64,000 bases of DNA. Origin: Lama glama. Lineage: Eukaryota. Position numbers and translations under genes: made by a program. Positions 51,671 through 64,000 of this stretch are shown piece after piece. Under the pieces are notes generated by a model. That model saw only the letters and a program-made list of their open reading frames with translations, made no database searches and was not told the DNA's origin. The first letter of the stretch is position 1; each line of letters starts with the position of its first letter. The DNA lies in contig CM052818.1 of NCBI GenBank assembly GCA_028534125.1, positions 7,442,001 through 7,506,000 of the forward strand, written 5' to 3'.

Positions 51671-53039
51671 TGTTACCCATTCTGTTTAGGGGCTCCCTGA
51701 TTCTCTCCTTCCCACCCAGCCTCATTCCCACCCCTGCCTCCAACACCCCCACCCATCACGCCAAGAAAAGTAGATCAGATGTACTTAAAATCATTCATCC
51801 GTCCTCCCAGGTTCTTTCATCTTTCTCCTACTTTTTCATGTAAAGAAGGGAGTTAGGTTACAAAAGTAGGATTAAAACTCATTCCTCTACCCTTTCTTCC
51901 CGGTTGTTGCGAGCAGAGATGAACTGAAGACTGACCCTTCAGGAGCCACCTACCCACGTGAGTGAGGCTGGGGAGACCGTGGGAGGCAGGATGATTCAGC
52001 GAGCACAAGCCCTGCTGGACTCAGACCCCTGTGTCAAGGCATGTCCAGCCAGGAGCACTCAGGGGTTTTCCTCTCCAGAGGAGAGAGTCTGATGACCCAA
52101 GTCTTAGCACCCTCCTGATACCACAAGAACACTTGGTCCTGAGATGCAGCTTTCATCAGCACTGCCTGGAGCCCGCACCCCTCCTGCCCTGCACACCCAG
52201 GCCCCCAGCATCACCCTTAATCCCACAGAGAGAAGGGCGTTTACATTTCAATCCACATACATCTCCCTAGCCCCTTTCCAGCTCTGCGCAGCCTGCTGTC
52301 CCTAACTCTGAAAAATCAACTCAGAGCAAGAAGGAAAAGATTTCCCACCAAAAGTTTAGCACAAGATTATCATCACTCTCCAGTTCTCAAAATGTTCCTA
52401 AGTCATTTGATAGTGATTCGTTATGTCATTGTGTCACATTTCCTTCATGTTGATGATGGGGAAAAGTTATGATACTTATTTTTCATTTTTACTTAAAAAA
52501 TATAATGAATTCCACTGATGACCTATTTCTGAAATCCACCAATCAAAGGAAATTGTAAAGTTCACCATAGTAACAGCTCAGTGTCAGTCACCCAAGTGAG
52601 AACTACACAGCTTAGAAGGCCCCGGCCAATTGCCGGGCAGAGCAGTGTTACCATCTCATAGCAACCAAGAGATCTGCATGGCAACATCAGTTGCTATATA
52701 AAAGAAAAATTAGAAACAATATTCCGCCAGGGAGAAATAAAGGTATTAACTGTTAAGTCATACTTGAGTCACGGTTGTGAGGACCCATCCTAAAATATCC
52801 ACCCAAATATAGCTCAGATAATACCTGTCAGATCCAAGTGTCCACATGCTAGGAACCCTCCACCTACCACCACCTGGAATGAATGAGGGGCAACTCTCTA
52901 TAGAACAGACCGCTTCTAAATAGGAAGGGAGAGAGTCTTTGAATACTAGAAACTGTAAGGCCTATTAGGAGGATAAATTACACATGAATCATCACATTTA
53001 ATCCAGTGAGGGAGGCAGGGCAGATAGCATTATTATCAC

Positions 53040-53843
53040 TAAACTCCCCATCTCTCCCAACCCCAAATCTTTCTCCCCTTCCGGCTCCCCCTCCACTTTC
53101 CCATCTCCACTAATGGCAACACAATTCTTCCAACTGTTCAGACCAAAAACCTGGGAGGCCTCTTTGACAGTTTTCTTTTTCATGCACAATCCAGTCCATC
53201 AGCAGACTATGTTTTTTCTGCTTTCAAGATATATCCGAAATCCAGTCACCTCCACAGCTACCCCTTCATCCAAACAACCATCATCTCTCGCCTGGAGGCA
53301 ACAGCCTCCTAACCTGCGTCCCTGCTTTCACACCCTTGCCCACCCACAGTCTATTCTTAACACAGCAGCCAGAGTGACCCTTCCAAACATAAGGCCTTGG
53401 CTCATGACCCTCCTAGGACTTCCTTCACAGTGAACCCAAGTCCTCGACATGACCAAGACTGCACACAACTTAGCTCCCTCTTATTTCCCTCTGCCCCCAT
53501 ATGCTGCTATTGTCTGCTTTCCTCACCTGCTCCAGCCACACTAGTCTCCCCACTCTTCTTCCAGCACATCAGGCTCCATCCTACCTCAGGGCCTTTGCAC
53601 TAGCTACTTCTTTTGTTTGGAACATTCTCCCCAGCATGTACCCTCAGGGCTCACTCCCTCACTTCCTTCAAGTGTTCACTCAAATGTCACCTTTTCAATG
53701 AACACTTGTCTGACCTATTTTAAAACTGGACTTTGTACCCACATCCTTTACCCATATCCTCTAACCCTTTTCTCTGGCACTGTGGGTACCTAGAACCATG
53801 CCTGGCACTTACTAAGCACTCGATAAATATCTGATTATGAATA
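53040..53843 (+). mobile_element. L2 3' portion
   Basis: CACAGCAGCCAGAGTGACCCTT, CCTCAGGGCCTTTGCACTAGC, end CCTAGAACCATGCCTGGCACTTACTAAGCACTCGATAAATATCTG. Confidence 0.85.
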
Positions 53844-53854
53844 AAGGAAGAACT

Positions 53855-53975
53855 GTTTTACAGGTAAAGTAATTGGGCTTAAGAAACTAAATGATTTACT
53901 CAGAGGCTCCAGAACATATTAGAGCCCAGACTTGAACTTAGGTTTGCCAATGACTCCCCAAAATGTTCCACCCAT
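53855..53975 (-). mobile_element. MIR fragment
   Basis: TTTTACAGGTAAAGTAATTGGGCTTAAGA..AGAGCCCAGACTTGAACTTAGG. Confidence 0.55.
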
Positions 53976-54829
53976 TCTACCACATTTTGGTTTCCTTTTC
54001 CAGATCTACCACCTCTTCTAATAAGTGCCTTGAACACATTAGTTCCCTGGAAAGGAAGAAGAACTGCTGGGCTGAGGGTGTGGCCACAGCAGGAGTGAAG
54101 AGTAGGGGTGAGCTGGCCCAGAGCCTGAGTGATGCCCGAGGGACACTTCCAGGTGAGTCAGAAAGTGTGGCTGAGGCCATGTCAACTGGACCCTGCCAAT
54201 GACACCCCACAGGTGATGACCTCCCCCATGAAGCCCCCTTCTTGGGGACAGACCATTCAGCACTCCTATCCCTTTATTCACTCAGGTCAAAAACAAGAAT
54301 TTAAATGGAATTTTTAGTTTATAAAATGTTTAATCAATTCTTGCTAGTGTATTCTCAAAGAGTCTCAGCGTTGTATTAAGTATACATTGCATGACTGGTT
54401 GAAAAAAAGTTTTAAATCCAGTCACCAAATGTTTTCTGGCCTATACAACAGTTTTGGGGTTTGTTTTTTAAACAGAAACCACCTAGTGTTACTGGATTAT
54501 GTGGAATGGTTTTGATTAAAACTGTGCTGAAAACTGATAGTTTGCCCATATTTTCTGCCCCAATTCTGATAGTGGATGGTAAAGGGTGGAGGATGAGATA
54601 AGTGGGTTCTGGGGAGAGACCACCCAGAAGCAGGGCACAGAGAGGAATAAACTTAAAGCAGGAACATTTTTTCTATTGACGACTAGAAAATGCTGATATG
54701 GACACAAACACCGTCGGCAATCTTGTTGGGTACCTGTTAAAGAAAAAAAAATCGTGGCTCTTCCACCAAGAAACTAGAAACATGAAAGACGAGATCAAGA
54801 ATAGTAGCTACCCCTTTTGGGGCAGTCAC

Positions 54830-55025
54830 ATCGTGGCAGGCATTTTGCTAAGTTACCTTCATACAGGTTTACTTTTTAACTTCTCAGAAGCCCTGGATGG
54901 AAGGAGTTACGTCCCTATTTTGCAGAGTCAGCTCAGAGATATGAAATGACTTGCCCAAGTTCACACAGCTAAACAGTGACAGAGCTGACCCACTTGCCTC
55001 CAAAGTCCTTGTTCTTAACTGTTAC
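54830..55025 (-). mobile_element. MIR SINE
   Basis: CCCTATTTTGCAGA..GAAATGACTTGCCCAAGTTCACACAGCTA. Confidence 0.75.
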
Positions 55026-55989
55026 ATAACATCTCTCTTCAATAAGATTAATTCATGTGATATAAATAAACATGGAAGAAAGAGAAAACTTGAAGGTGAC
55101 ATAAGGAAACATTAAAAAAAAAACACCAAAAAAAAACCCCTCAGCAAAATCACTGATCTATTTAAAGCATTCATGTAGAGAGAGTTAGTCAGGTGTATGA
55201 AGGCCCTGAAAGGGCCATGTCCTCAGTCCAGCTTCTCAGCTCAAAGGCAGCACCATCATCCCCTTCATTTAATGCCACAAAGTTAGCTCAATACCAGTAG
55301 AAAAGGAAATGTCAATGCCTTGCTCAGAAAGGTTCGCATTGCCAGAGGTTGTGGAACACAAATTATTCTGTAATCATTTCCCTGTTGGCATAAAACTCAC
55401 AAATAAGACGTTTCACTACACCAACAGCCCGGATGGCCAGCTCTCCACGTAGTCAGGTATCAAGGGTGGGCACCAAAAGTGAATGGAATATGGGGGGCTG
55501 GAATGTTCCACTGAAACTGGTGGGGAGGAAGGGGTGGATTTGTGTTAAAGCGACCACTCCTGCATCACATTCTTTCTAGTATTTTGCCTCAGAAGCAAAT
55601 CTAAACGTAAACAGACAAAAATAAAAGACCTATTACGGATTCCTTTGTTTTGTTTTTTTTTAAGCTGGCCTAATTTTACTGCTGAATGTGAAGTCAACAT
55701 GCTGTAGGATCTGGCGTTCTGACATAGTCCAGGGCAGTTTCTACCCAGACTAAACTTTCTGACTGTTTAGCCTGAGAAGCAGACGTTCCTCTGTTAAAGG
55801 TAGTTGTAGCTGCATTACCTAATATCAGGATCACCTTTTAGCTCCTTTCTACATTTTTCAAGCAGCAGCAGCTCTCACCTTTGCAGTGAAGCCACCTTTG
55901 ACCACCTGTACCTGAAAGTCCTTAGCGTTTGTTGTCTGGACCAGCCATTAGGAACTTGTGTATTTACAAATATTGTACAAGCCAAGATG

Positions 55990-56215
55990 CCCTAGTGGAA
56001 AGGGCCCTGGAATCAGACAGCTGGGAGCTCAAAATTCCTGCTCTGAGATTTGCTGGTTGTGAGATTTCGGGCAAGTTACTTACCCTTTCTCTCTGCAGCT
56101 CTGTCATTATAAAATGAACACAACGACCCTGAACTGACGGAGTTTTTTTTAGTGAGGAGTAAATATTGGGAAAGGGCCTAGTATAGTGTCTGGAACATAG
56201 CAAGTGCTTGATTAT
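55990..56215 (+). mobile_element. MIR SINE
   Basis: TAGTGGAAAGGGCCCTGGAATCAGACAGCTGGG..GGGCAAGTTACTTACCCT..GTCTGGAACATAGCAAGTGCTTGA. Confidence 0.75.
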
Positions 56216-57972
56216 TATTTTAAAAGCAAACTACATAAACAAATGAACCAAGAGTTGGCCAAAATGGGAATGTAGCATTCTAACTGCATCTCAATCCTTG
56301 CTGAACTATCCTAATTAATTACAGATGTATCCAGTTCTCAGGAGAGAACTGGAGTACAAACTGGAGTACATTTGGAAAAAACGACATACTCCCTCTACCC
56401 GAGTTTTGAGACCAGTTTGCTACACTTCCTTCGAAACTGAATGATGGTTTTCTTCTCAGCTGACGCAAGGACCAAATATCTCAATCTAGTAATATTAAAT
56501 ATTCAATTTAAGCTCAACATGTCTCTTCTAATCTTTACAACATTTGACCTCATCTCACCAAAGCCATGGTTACAGGCAGCAGCATCTTTGTCTCAGTCTC
56601 CACAGGTCTTTTGTTAACCTGTCTGTCCATAAACAGAAACTACCTGTTATAATCAAAATGTAGATTTCAGGCTATAAATCCTGTTTAAAGGCACAAGCCC
56701 AACCCTAGAGTGGGTTGGAATAGTCTTTTGACAGATGAAATCTCAATTTTAAATGACATAAAACAGAGCTATATGTTAGCCTTTCCCTCTTCCTCAGAGC
56801 GGCTGAATAAATTATTTGGCACAGCTCTCAGGTGAATTGGATGGATGCCCTCCAGGCACTGGAAATAGAAAGGCCAGTGTCTTCCCTGGTTCTCATGTGA
56901 GTTTATCATTAGGAACTTGGGACAGCTTTATGAAGCAGTTGGACCTGTTGTCTGATATTGTTGGAAAGCTGAGCATAAACAATGGAAGTGGGGGTTGGGA
57001 AACAGTAGTGCTGATCTGCAGGCCCTTTCAAGCCCTTGGCTACTAGGGTGGGGAGCAGGAGCCAGGTTTACTTGCTGGAGGGCCCAGTGAGCCCTGAAGG
57101 AAAAGAATGGAAAAGAGGACTTTGGAACTGAAGCAACCTTGGGGAATGGGGTCAAGGACCCAGATGCCTGAATTCTGCCCTGGGGGCCCTGGCTGAGTGT
57201 TGGTGTGGAGGGATGCTTTTACATAATACACACTTAACGCTACCCAAACATCCTCTGAGCCAACTCTAGGGCTCTTGTTCCATGTTCCCCAGAGAGAGGC
57301 CTACTAGGGAATAGAAAAGATAAGTCTGTCCATTTGGGATGCTAATGAAAGAACCATTAGAAAGAAAATGCACCTTGAATCAGAGCAGCAGATTAAGTCT
57401 TCAGACAGCAAAGCAGGGATGGCCCCAGTGACAGCTGCAAGAAAACTTTGATGACTTCCAAGGAGAATCTGTAAGACACACTGCCCTTAGAGTCAGGCAA
57501 GAGGAACCATGCTTTGGAGGGCCCCATATGTCACAAACACAAAGAAAAAAATTTAACAAACACATGGACAGCTTTGTCACTCAGGCTCTGGGTTTCAGCT
57601 GTGATGCACTAAGACCCTAACATTAAACATATTCTCTCCTGACTTACTCTGTTCAGGCCCCGGGGAAACATTTCCCTGCATCTTTTGCCCTGCATCCAAA
57701 TGCCATCACGGATAGTGGGTATTGCTGCTGTGGACTTCAGAGATGGATACTGCTTCAGAGGGTGGATAGGAGTTGAGTAGCTAAAGCACTTAGGTAAGCG
57801 AAGAGCACAAGTAACTTGCCCAGTCTTTCCTCTCAGCATGCATGGGATAGATTATTGCAGAACAAAGTACTATTTTGCTGAAAGACAGTTTTCTTGCTTT
57901 TTTTTTTTAATGTTCCAGTTTGTCATTCATATTTGTCACATATTTTAGAATCTGTTACTTTGATTTAAAACA

Positions 57973-58680
57973 TTTTTTAAAAGTTTAATTGAAGTATAGT
58001 TAATTTACAATGTTGTGTTAGTTTCTGGTGTACAACATAGTGATTCAGTTATATATATGTGTGTGTGTGTGTATATATCCCTTTTCCTATTCTTTTCCAT
58101 TATAGGCTGTTACAAGATATTGAATATGTTCCCTGTGCTAAACAACAGTAGGACCTTGTTGTTTATCTATTTTATATATAGTAGTTAGTATCTGCAAATC
58201 CCGAACTCCCATTTTATCCCTCCCCAATCCCTTTGCCCCTGGTAACCATAAGCTTGTTTTCCATGTCTGTTAATCTGGTTCTGTTTTATCTTTTTTTTTT
58301 TTTTTAAATTCCACATGTAAGTGATATTATATGGTATTTTTCTTTTTTCTGGCTTACTTCAGTTAGTATGATAATTTCTGAGTCCATTCATGTTGCTGCA
58401 AATGACATTATTTCATTCATTTTATGGCTGAGTAATATTCCATTGTGTAAATATACCAAAACTGCTTTATCCAACTTTCTGTCAATGGACATTTGGGTTG
58501 CTTCCATGACTATTGTAAATAGTGCTGCTATGAACACTGGGGTGCATGTGTCTTTTTGAAATAGAGTTTCCTCTGGATATATGTCCAGGAGTGGGATTGC
58601 TGGATCATACGGAAAGTCTTTTTTTTTAGTTTTTTAAGGAATCTCCATACTATTTTCCATAGTGGCTGCACAAATTACAT
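57973..58680 (-). mobile_element. 5'-truncated L1 3' end (same family as 13249-14025)
   Basis: TTTAATTGAAGTATAGTTAATTTACAATGTTGTG..TAGTGCTGCTATGAACACTGGGGTGCATG..CCATAGTGGCTGCAC. No TSD recognised. Confidence 0.9.
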
Positions 58681-59367
58681 AATTCCATTGATCCCATGAA
58701 TGTTAGGCTGGCCCTGTCTGTGAGTGACCCAGGACCCAGCCACAGGAAGGAACAGGATGGGGACACTGGTGGCAGTGATTCTGCTGCCTGGGGATTCCTT
58801 AGCTTTGCATCTATCATCTTGTATGTTCTCTCCCAGAGGGTGTGGCCTGAAAAGGCCAGGGTTACCAAACACTGAAACTAAAATCACTGTCTTTGACAAA
58901 CATTCTCTTATTTTAACATGGATCCTACCTGCTGGCCTCTTCCAACAGGTCAACTGAGGGAGCACATTTGATAGTTGACTTATTTGAGTAGCAGGAACAT
59001 TTTCATATAGAACTTTCACTCTCCCCCCTTTTGAGGAATGATGGAACAGGAACCTCCAATTTCTCTCCCCACTACTTGCTGTTGCCGCCCAAGGGAGGAA
59101 TGGCTGCTTCTTAAGGATGGTGGGGTAGCTGAATGTCATAATAGGAAAAATAGATTCTTTTTGCCCGCTCCTGTGTTTCCTGTCTCCATAGTAGGAATCC
59201 AGGAAGGGCCTCTCACAAGGGGAGGCCAACCATCCTCCTTCCCTCCCTGTTCAGCCCTGGCTGGGTCAGTGAGAGAACTTTTGACCCCCACAGCTGGTAG
59301 GTTAGTGGTTGGAATCTGCACTGCAGATCTAGTCATGGGCCTCTAGTCACACTTGACACCTGACTTG

Positions 59368-59378
59368 ATGACTCAGCA
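59368..59378 (+). promoter_or_regulatory. consensus ARE / NF-E2-MAF motif
   Basis: ATGACTCAGCA in non-repetitive DNA. Motif match only. Confidence 0.35.
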
Positions 59379-61687
59379 TCAGAAACAGAAGATCATAGGT
59401 CCAAGTTATAAAAATCTCTGTTTTTTGAAGTTGGGGCCCACTAACTCAGAGAGGATATAGAAGACTAGGTCTCTTGTGTTTCAGTCTAAGGTGACCAGCT
59501 CTGGGTTGGCAGACAGCCCTTCTCCACATAGTCATTTGAGGGCTCAGGCTGGCAGTGCCTCTGTCCTTTTCAGCCCGTGGCTTCCAAGGCTGTTCTAGTC
59601 AATCCACCCAGAAGGGAGAAGAGTGAATTTTGTATTTAACATCTTGTACTAAACTTTCAGTCAAGTCTTACCCCAAATTGCAGCCTTGTTTCAGCTGTGA
59701 TTTGGGGAATGCAGGGGAAGAGCCTGCATCAGGCTTGGGATGGAGTAGGAAAGAAGAAAATGTAACTTCCCTCCCAGTGCTGCAGGTAGAGGCTGGCTGG
59801 GGTGTGGTGGCTCTGCGAGGTGGCTAGAGGAGAAGCTATTGGTTCTATTTCTAAAAACACACAAGCTCACACTCTTAGGGCCCCTAAGAAATATCTGGGA
59901 GTATTTGATGGGGTTAACTTCCCATGACGCCTGGCAGAGGCTCAAAGCTATTATAAAGTGGGTGTCAAATGTGACTCAGTTTTGTGGCCCCAACTACAAA
60001 GGTCAATACATATAGGTCAAATGAGTGTTTCTGTTCCAGTTGACTTTAGTTGCTTAAATTCATTTATTCATGTTTATGGAGCACCTACTCTGTACGAAGC
60101 ACTCACTGTTCAAGGCACTAAGTATAAAAGAGTTAAAAAAAAAGGCAAATCTGACTTTATGAAAAAGTCTCTGGCCACAGAGGGGAAAACCACATTGCAA
60201 GGTACATTGTATATCTCTTATGTCCTAATCAGGAATAGAGAGAATTATCAATATTTGAATTTTTAAAGCTATGATTTAAATATGCTTTCGCTAAATTATA
60301 AGGAAATCTGATCCAGTCCATAAGAATTAGAATGATATAGTAGATGTGGCACATCAGGAGGATTTAGGAGTATATCTTCACCCTAGAATAACTTTCTGAA
60401 AAGTGAAAAGGCCCTCTAAAGATTTTTAGCTCTTCCCTACCCCAACCCCCTGTAGTAACCATTGAGATTTCCTCTTGGCTCTTGGCCAAAATCTAAATAC
60501 TATCTTGGCCACTCACATCTGAAAAAAACAGAACAATGAAGTCCTAGAAACAGACAGTCTTTAGATATTTCTTTTGAAAAGAACACTAAATAGAGCATCT
60601 AAATCTTCTAACTGCCATTGCTAACGTAGTCTGTGTAAAAATACAATAGTGAAGAGGCAAGGACCAGAAAGTTCCAAGTTGTCAAACATTGGCAAGATAC
60701 TACAAATCATCGCTCTTAAAAAATGTGGCTGTCAGAGCCTGTGATCCTGATTACCAAGACATCTGTGACTAAATAATGCTGGTTATGGAAATTGCTGAAA
60801 AGTTATAAATAAATGTTAAATAATACAGTACAGCTCATTCCCCAGGTGTTGTTTCTCTTCTCAAGTAAGGATCTACAAGAACCAAGTGTCAGCATGCAGC
60901 TTTGCTGTGGGTATAAAGCTCTAGAGAGATTGTTCAGTCACATTTGCTTATGTACGTTTACTCTATCAGCCTCAGTAACATAATTATTTCTTGCTTTGTT
61001 ATTTCGTCTGTCCAATCTACATCAGTAGTCTGTTCTCATAAATAATTCAGCATCTGCCTGGGCATTTATTTGTAATATTATCTTACGTGATGTTATGTTG
61101 GAAGAGGGAGGCTAGTAATGCTTCTATATGGGGAAGTAACATTTCTTTCAATCTTTCATATTTGCGGAGTGGTTCTCTCACATCTTTGCCTGTGAATTTA
61201 CACTGAACTTTCTCTTCCAGAAAGCCTGGTTTCATGCACTTATGCGTGCCGCAACATTTGATACAACTGAAACTTGATAAGAGGGTCCAGTCTAGTCAAG
61301 TATGGCTACAAAATGATCTACCACACATTTAGTGCCTGGTGAACCTGCATCTATTTATATATACAAACAGGAATTGAAGGAAGTGAATCACATCTGCATA
61401 CACTATGGGGCAAGCGGAAACTTTTTTTCCCGCAGCAAAATAATGGTGATTAAATGCTGTCCCATTCTGAATTAATCTCACTTAATACCAAAAGAAAAAA
61501 AATATATATATAGTTAAAGATTAAGAATGTTGAGGATTTTATGAATGCAGAACACTGAATTTAACCTGAGTTTTTTTTCCAAACAGAATTTGAGATAACA
61601 TTATTAAAATTTCTAGGACAAATTAGATCTCAGAGCCAGGTGTTCAAATTTGAGATTTGTAGATTTGTTGAAATCTTGCTGGCTTAC

Positions 61688-61762
61688 CTCCTACAAGATA
61701 TCCTACATATATTTGGAGCTATTGGGGAGTTCACCATAATTGCAACAGACATCCTCCAGTTT
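61688..61762 (-). other. candidate internal exon (75 nt)
   Basis: Acceptor TATCTTCCTTAACTCTGTTTAG and donor GAG|GTAAGC on the minus strand. Confidence 0.3.
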
Positions 61763-61914
61763 CTAAACAGAGTTAAGGAAGATAAACTTTGAAAACAGAA
61801 AGAAGTCCATTTTGAAGGAGTTATAGTTACACTTCTCTTGACTGCCAGTGACTGAATAAGAGTATACTTTTACTAAATTATGAAACCTACTGGGGTCCAG
61901 GTCAAGTGTTCACT

Positions 61915-62225
61915 CAGAGACCTTTACGCATGCTGTTCCCTCTGCGCTACCCCAACTTCCAACCTAATTTCAATTCACCCTTAGGATCTCAGCTTCCCTC
62001 ACCTTAGAAGAGGTCAAGTGCCCCCCTATATGCTCACATGGTACTCTCTATCTCCACTTTGTGTCACTATCTCCTCTTTGTTTTAGTGGTTGATTGCTGT
62101 CTGCTTCCCCCGACAAACATAAAGAAGCCTTAGGAGAGAAGAACCACGTCTCCCTTATTCACCACTTGCCAGCCATGTTCAAGATTGTTGTTCAATAAGG
62201 ATTTGAATGGATAAATCAATGCATG
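61915..62225 (+). mobile_element. L2 3' fragment
   Basis: CCTTTACGCATGCTGTTCCCTCTGC..TGTCTGCTTCCCC..GTTCAATAAGGATTTGAATGGATAAAT. Confidence 0.7.
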
Positions 62226-63207
62226 TGAGTGAAAATAACAATATCATTTATATGCTTGCTTACTATATGTCAGGCTCTCTGCTGAGTATTTCAGGTGTGA
62301 AAATGAATGAATGAATGACCATCGAAAGTGAGTGCTAAGAATGTTAAAATTATCTGAAAGAATAGTAGATCTCATCTTAAACAAGTTATGTGTGAAGTCT
62401 TTTTGTTTACGTAAAATTTAGGGGAACGTTCCAAAGTCAGTATTACATCATCCACCTAACTTGCAAACCAGGGAGAAACAAATTTTATGGGTAAACTGCC
62501 AAGGGCAAAGCTTGGAAAAGACCATCCAGGATAAAAGAGTAAGGTGCCAACCAGTAGTAGCCAGAGAAAAGAGAAGTTAGGAGGCCCAGAGTAAATGTAC
62601 ATTTTCCTCAGATTTTCAAAGAGGTCTGTGGACCCTAGAAGGGTTAAAAACTAGTGCTGCTTGTACTATTTTGTGAACTGCATTGTTCATTCAGTTCATC
62701 TTAATCATCTTATCGCATGATCAAATGTTCTTCTGCAATATCTTTTCAAGTGGCTACAAGAATTCTGTTGCATACCCTTGCCATTGTTTATTTAACTCTT
62801 CCTCTGAGATTGGGCAACCTAAACATTAGGTTACCTCCATTTTTTTGCTATTATCAATTCATAGCTAAATCTTTGCCCTTATCCTTATTTACTTGGAGTA
62901 AATTTAATATATTGAAGGGATCAAATTATAGGGGCCAGTGTTTCCAATTGTGTTTGAGAAGAAAATGGATTCACACCCAGGCCTGAGATCATATCCTTCC
63001 TTTAATTCACAGAGCACAAAGCTAACAACTTCAAAGCATTTAACAGCATTAACAACACTTAGCATTTTAATCTACTTTCATTGAGTTGCTTTACCATTTC
63101 TTCATCTTGCCTCAATCAAAGCAGCAAAATGTTAGCAATGTTAAATTAAAAGAAATTCTAAAGGAGCCATCTGGGAATGGCAGGACCTTGGTCTATGGGA
63201 CATTCTT

Positions 63208-63334
63208 TTCTTTGGAGGGGGGGAGTTAAGTAATTAAGTTTATTTATTTATTTTTAGAGGAAGTACTGGGAATTGAACCCAGGACCTTAGTATGCTAAGC
63301 ATGCAGCTCTACCACTTGAGCTATACCCTCCCCC
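63208..63334 (-). mobile_element. vic-1-like SINE
   Basis: GTACTGGGAATTGAACCCAGGACC..CTCTACCACTTGAGCTATACCCTCCCCC. TSD TCTATGG(G/T)A(C/T)ATTCTT at 63192-63207 and 63335-63350. Confidence 0.88.
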
Positions 63335-63532
63335 TCTATGGTATATTCTTGACTATGGATATTTAAAATACTTGTCATGATATTTCTTCTAACTCTGGAG
63401 AGTTTTTTAATGTGTGAAATTAAGTGATAATCTTACAAAGCAATCGTGGACCCCTCTGCTAAGAAAAATCTCTAGTTTTCTACACTAGTAAGAATTTTTA
63501 AATGTCAAAACAGAATACTTTGGATTTCTTAC

Positions 63533-63591
63533 CTCCTAAAAGGCAAACCAGGCCGTTCGGTGGCTTGTGTGGTCCAAAGAGAAAAGAGGTT
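63533..63591 (-). other. candidate internal exon (59 nt)
   Basis: Acceptor TTTCATACTGATTTTAG and donor GAG|GTAAGA on the minus strand. Confidence 0.3.
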
Positions 63592-64000
63592 CTAAAATCA
63601 GTATGAAACCAGTCCTACTGTGACATAATAATGAATAGAATCACTGATTTCAGAAATAACAGAACTCAGGGTCTATGAGAAAGTCAACTTGGCTCACATT
63701 CCTAGAGAAGTGAAAGTTAATGCCAGAAACTATACATGAGGAATCACAATGTTTCCGCTAAATGAAACCTTATTGTGCAGGATGCTTTTCAGCAGTGGCC
63801 GTTCTTACAGGATAACTGCATCTCAGATACGAAACTACAGTACAGCTAACGAACCTCATTGAACGACTTTGTCTAGGATTGCTATTTTGTGATGCCAGGC
63901 CTTCTGGCATGTCAATCATTACCTTGAAAAGCTTTTTCAAATAACTGATCCCAATCTCTGAAAACACTAATAGATTCCCCAGTCTATAAAACTCTCCATC

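Noticed and set aside
12805..58680. L1 minus-strand bias as evidence of a plus-strand host gene
   Set aside because: Too few elements, and the LTR orientations (mostly plus) point the opposite way.
58675..59229. Longest ORF in the track (184 aa, minus strand)
   Set aside because: Non-ATG start, no recognisable domain or splice context, and it ends at an L1 boundary. Compatible with chance.

Overview
Repeat-rich, mostly non-coding eutherian genomic DNA. Three tRNA-derived SINEs of the vic-1 type and three young L1 3' ends point to a camelid (Camelus/Vicugna/Lama). This is an inference from repeat morphology, not from a database search. I could not reconstruct any recognisable host protein-coding gene; the only protein-like text is transposon-derived (L1 ORF2 RT and C-terminus, and a hAT transposase dimerisation-domain remnant). 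The window holds many ancient interspersed repeats (MIR, L2, MER5/MER3/MER58/MER91 hAT elements, a MER82-like Tigger, MLT1/MLT2/LTR16 solo LTRs) and several microsatellites. There is one clear CpG island at about 24.9-25.6 kb, probably a promoter, plus weaker CpG-retaining patches. The most notable structures are: a head-to-tail stack of four MER5 elements separated by exact 8-bp target-site copies; three nested insertions; and a candidate minus-strand spliced transcript at 60.5-64 kb whose joined exons keep one frame open. I found no evidence for a novel biological system. Family names come from recalled consensus sequences. Boundaries of old repeats are approximate unless a TSD is quoted.
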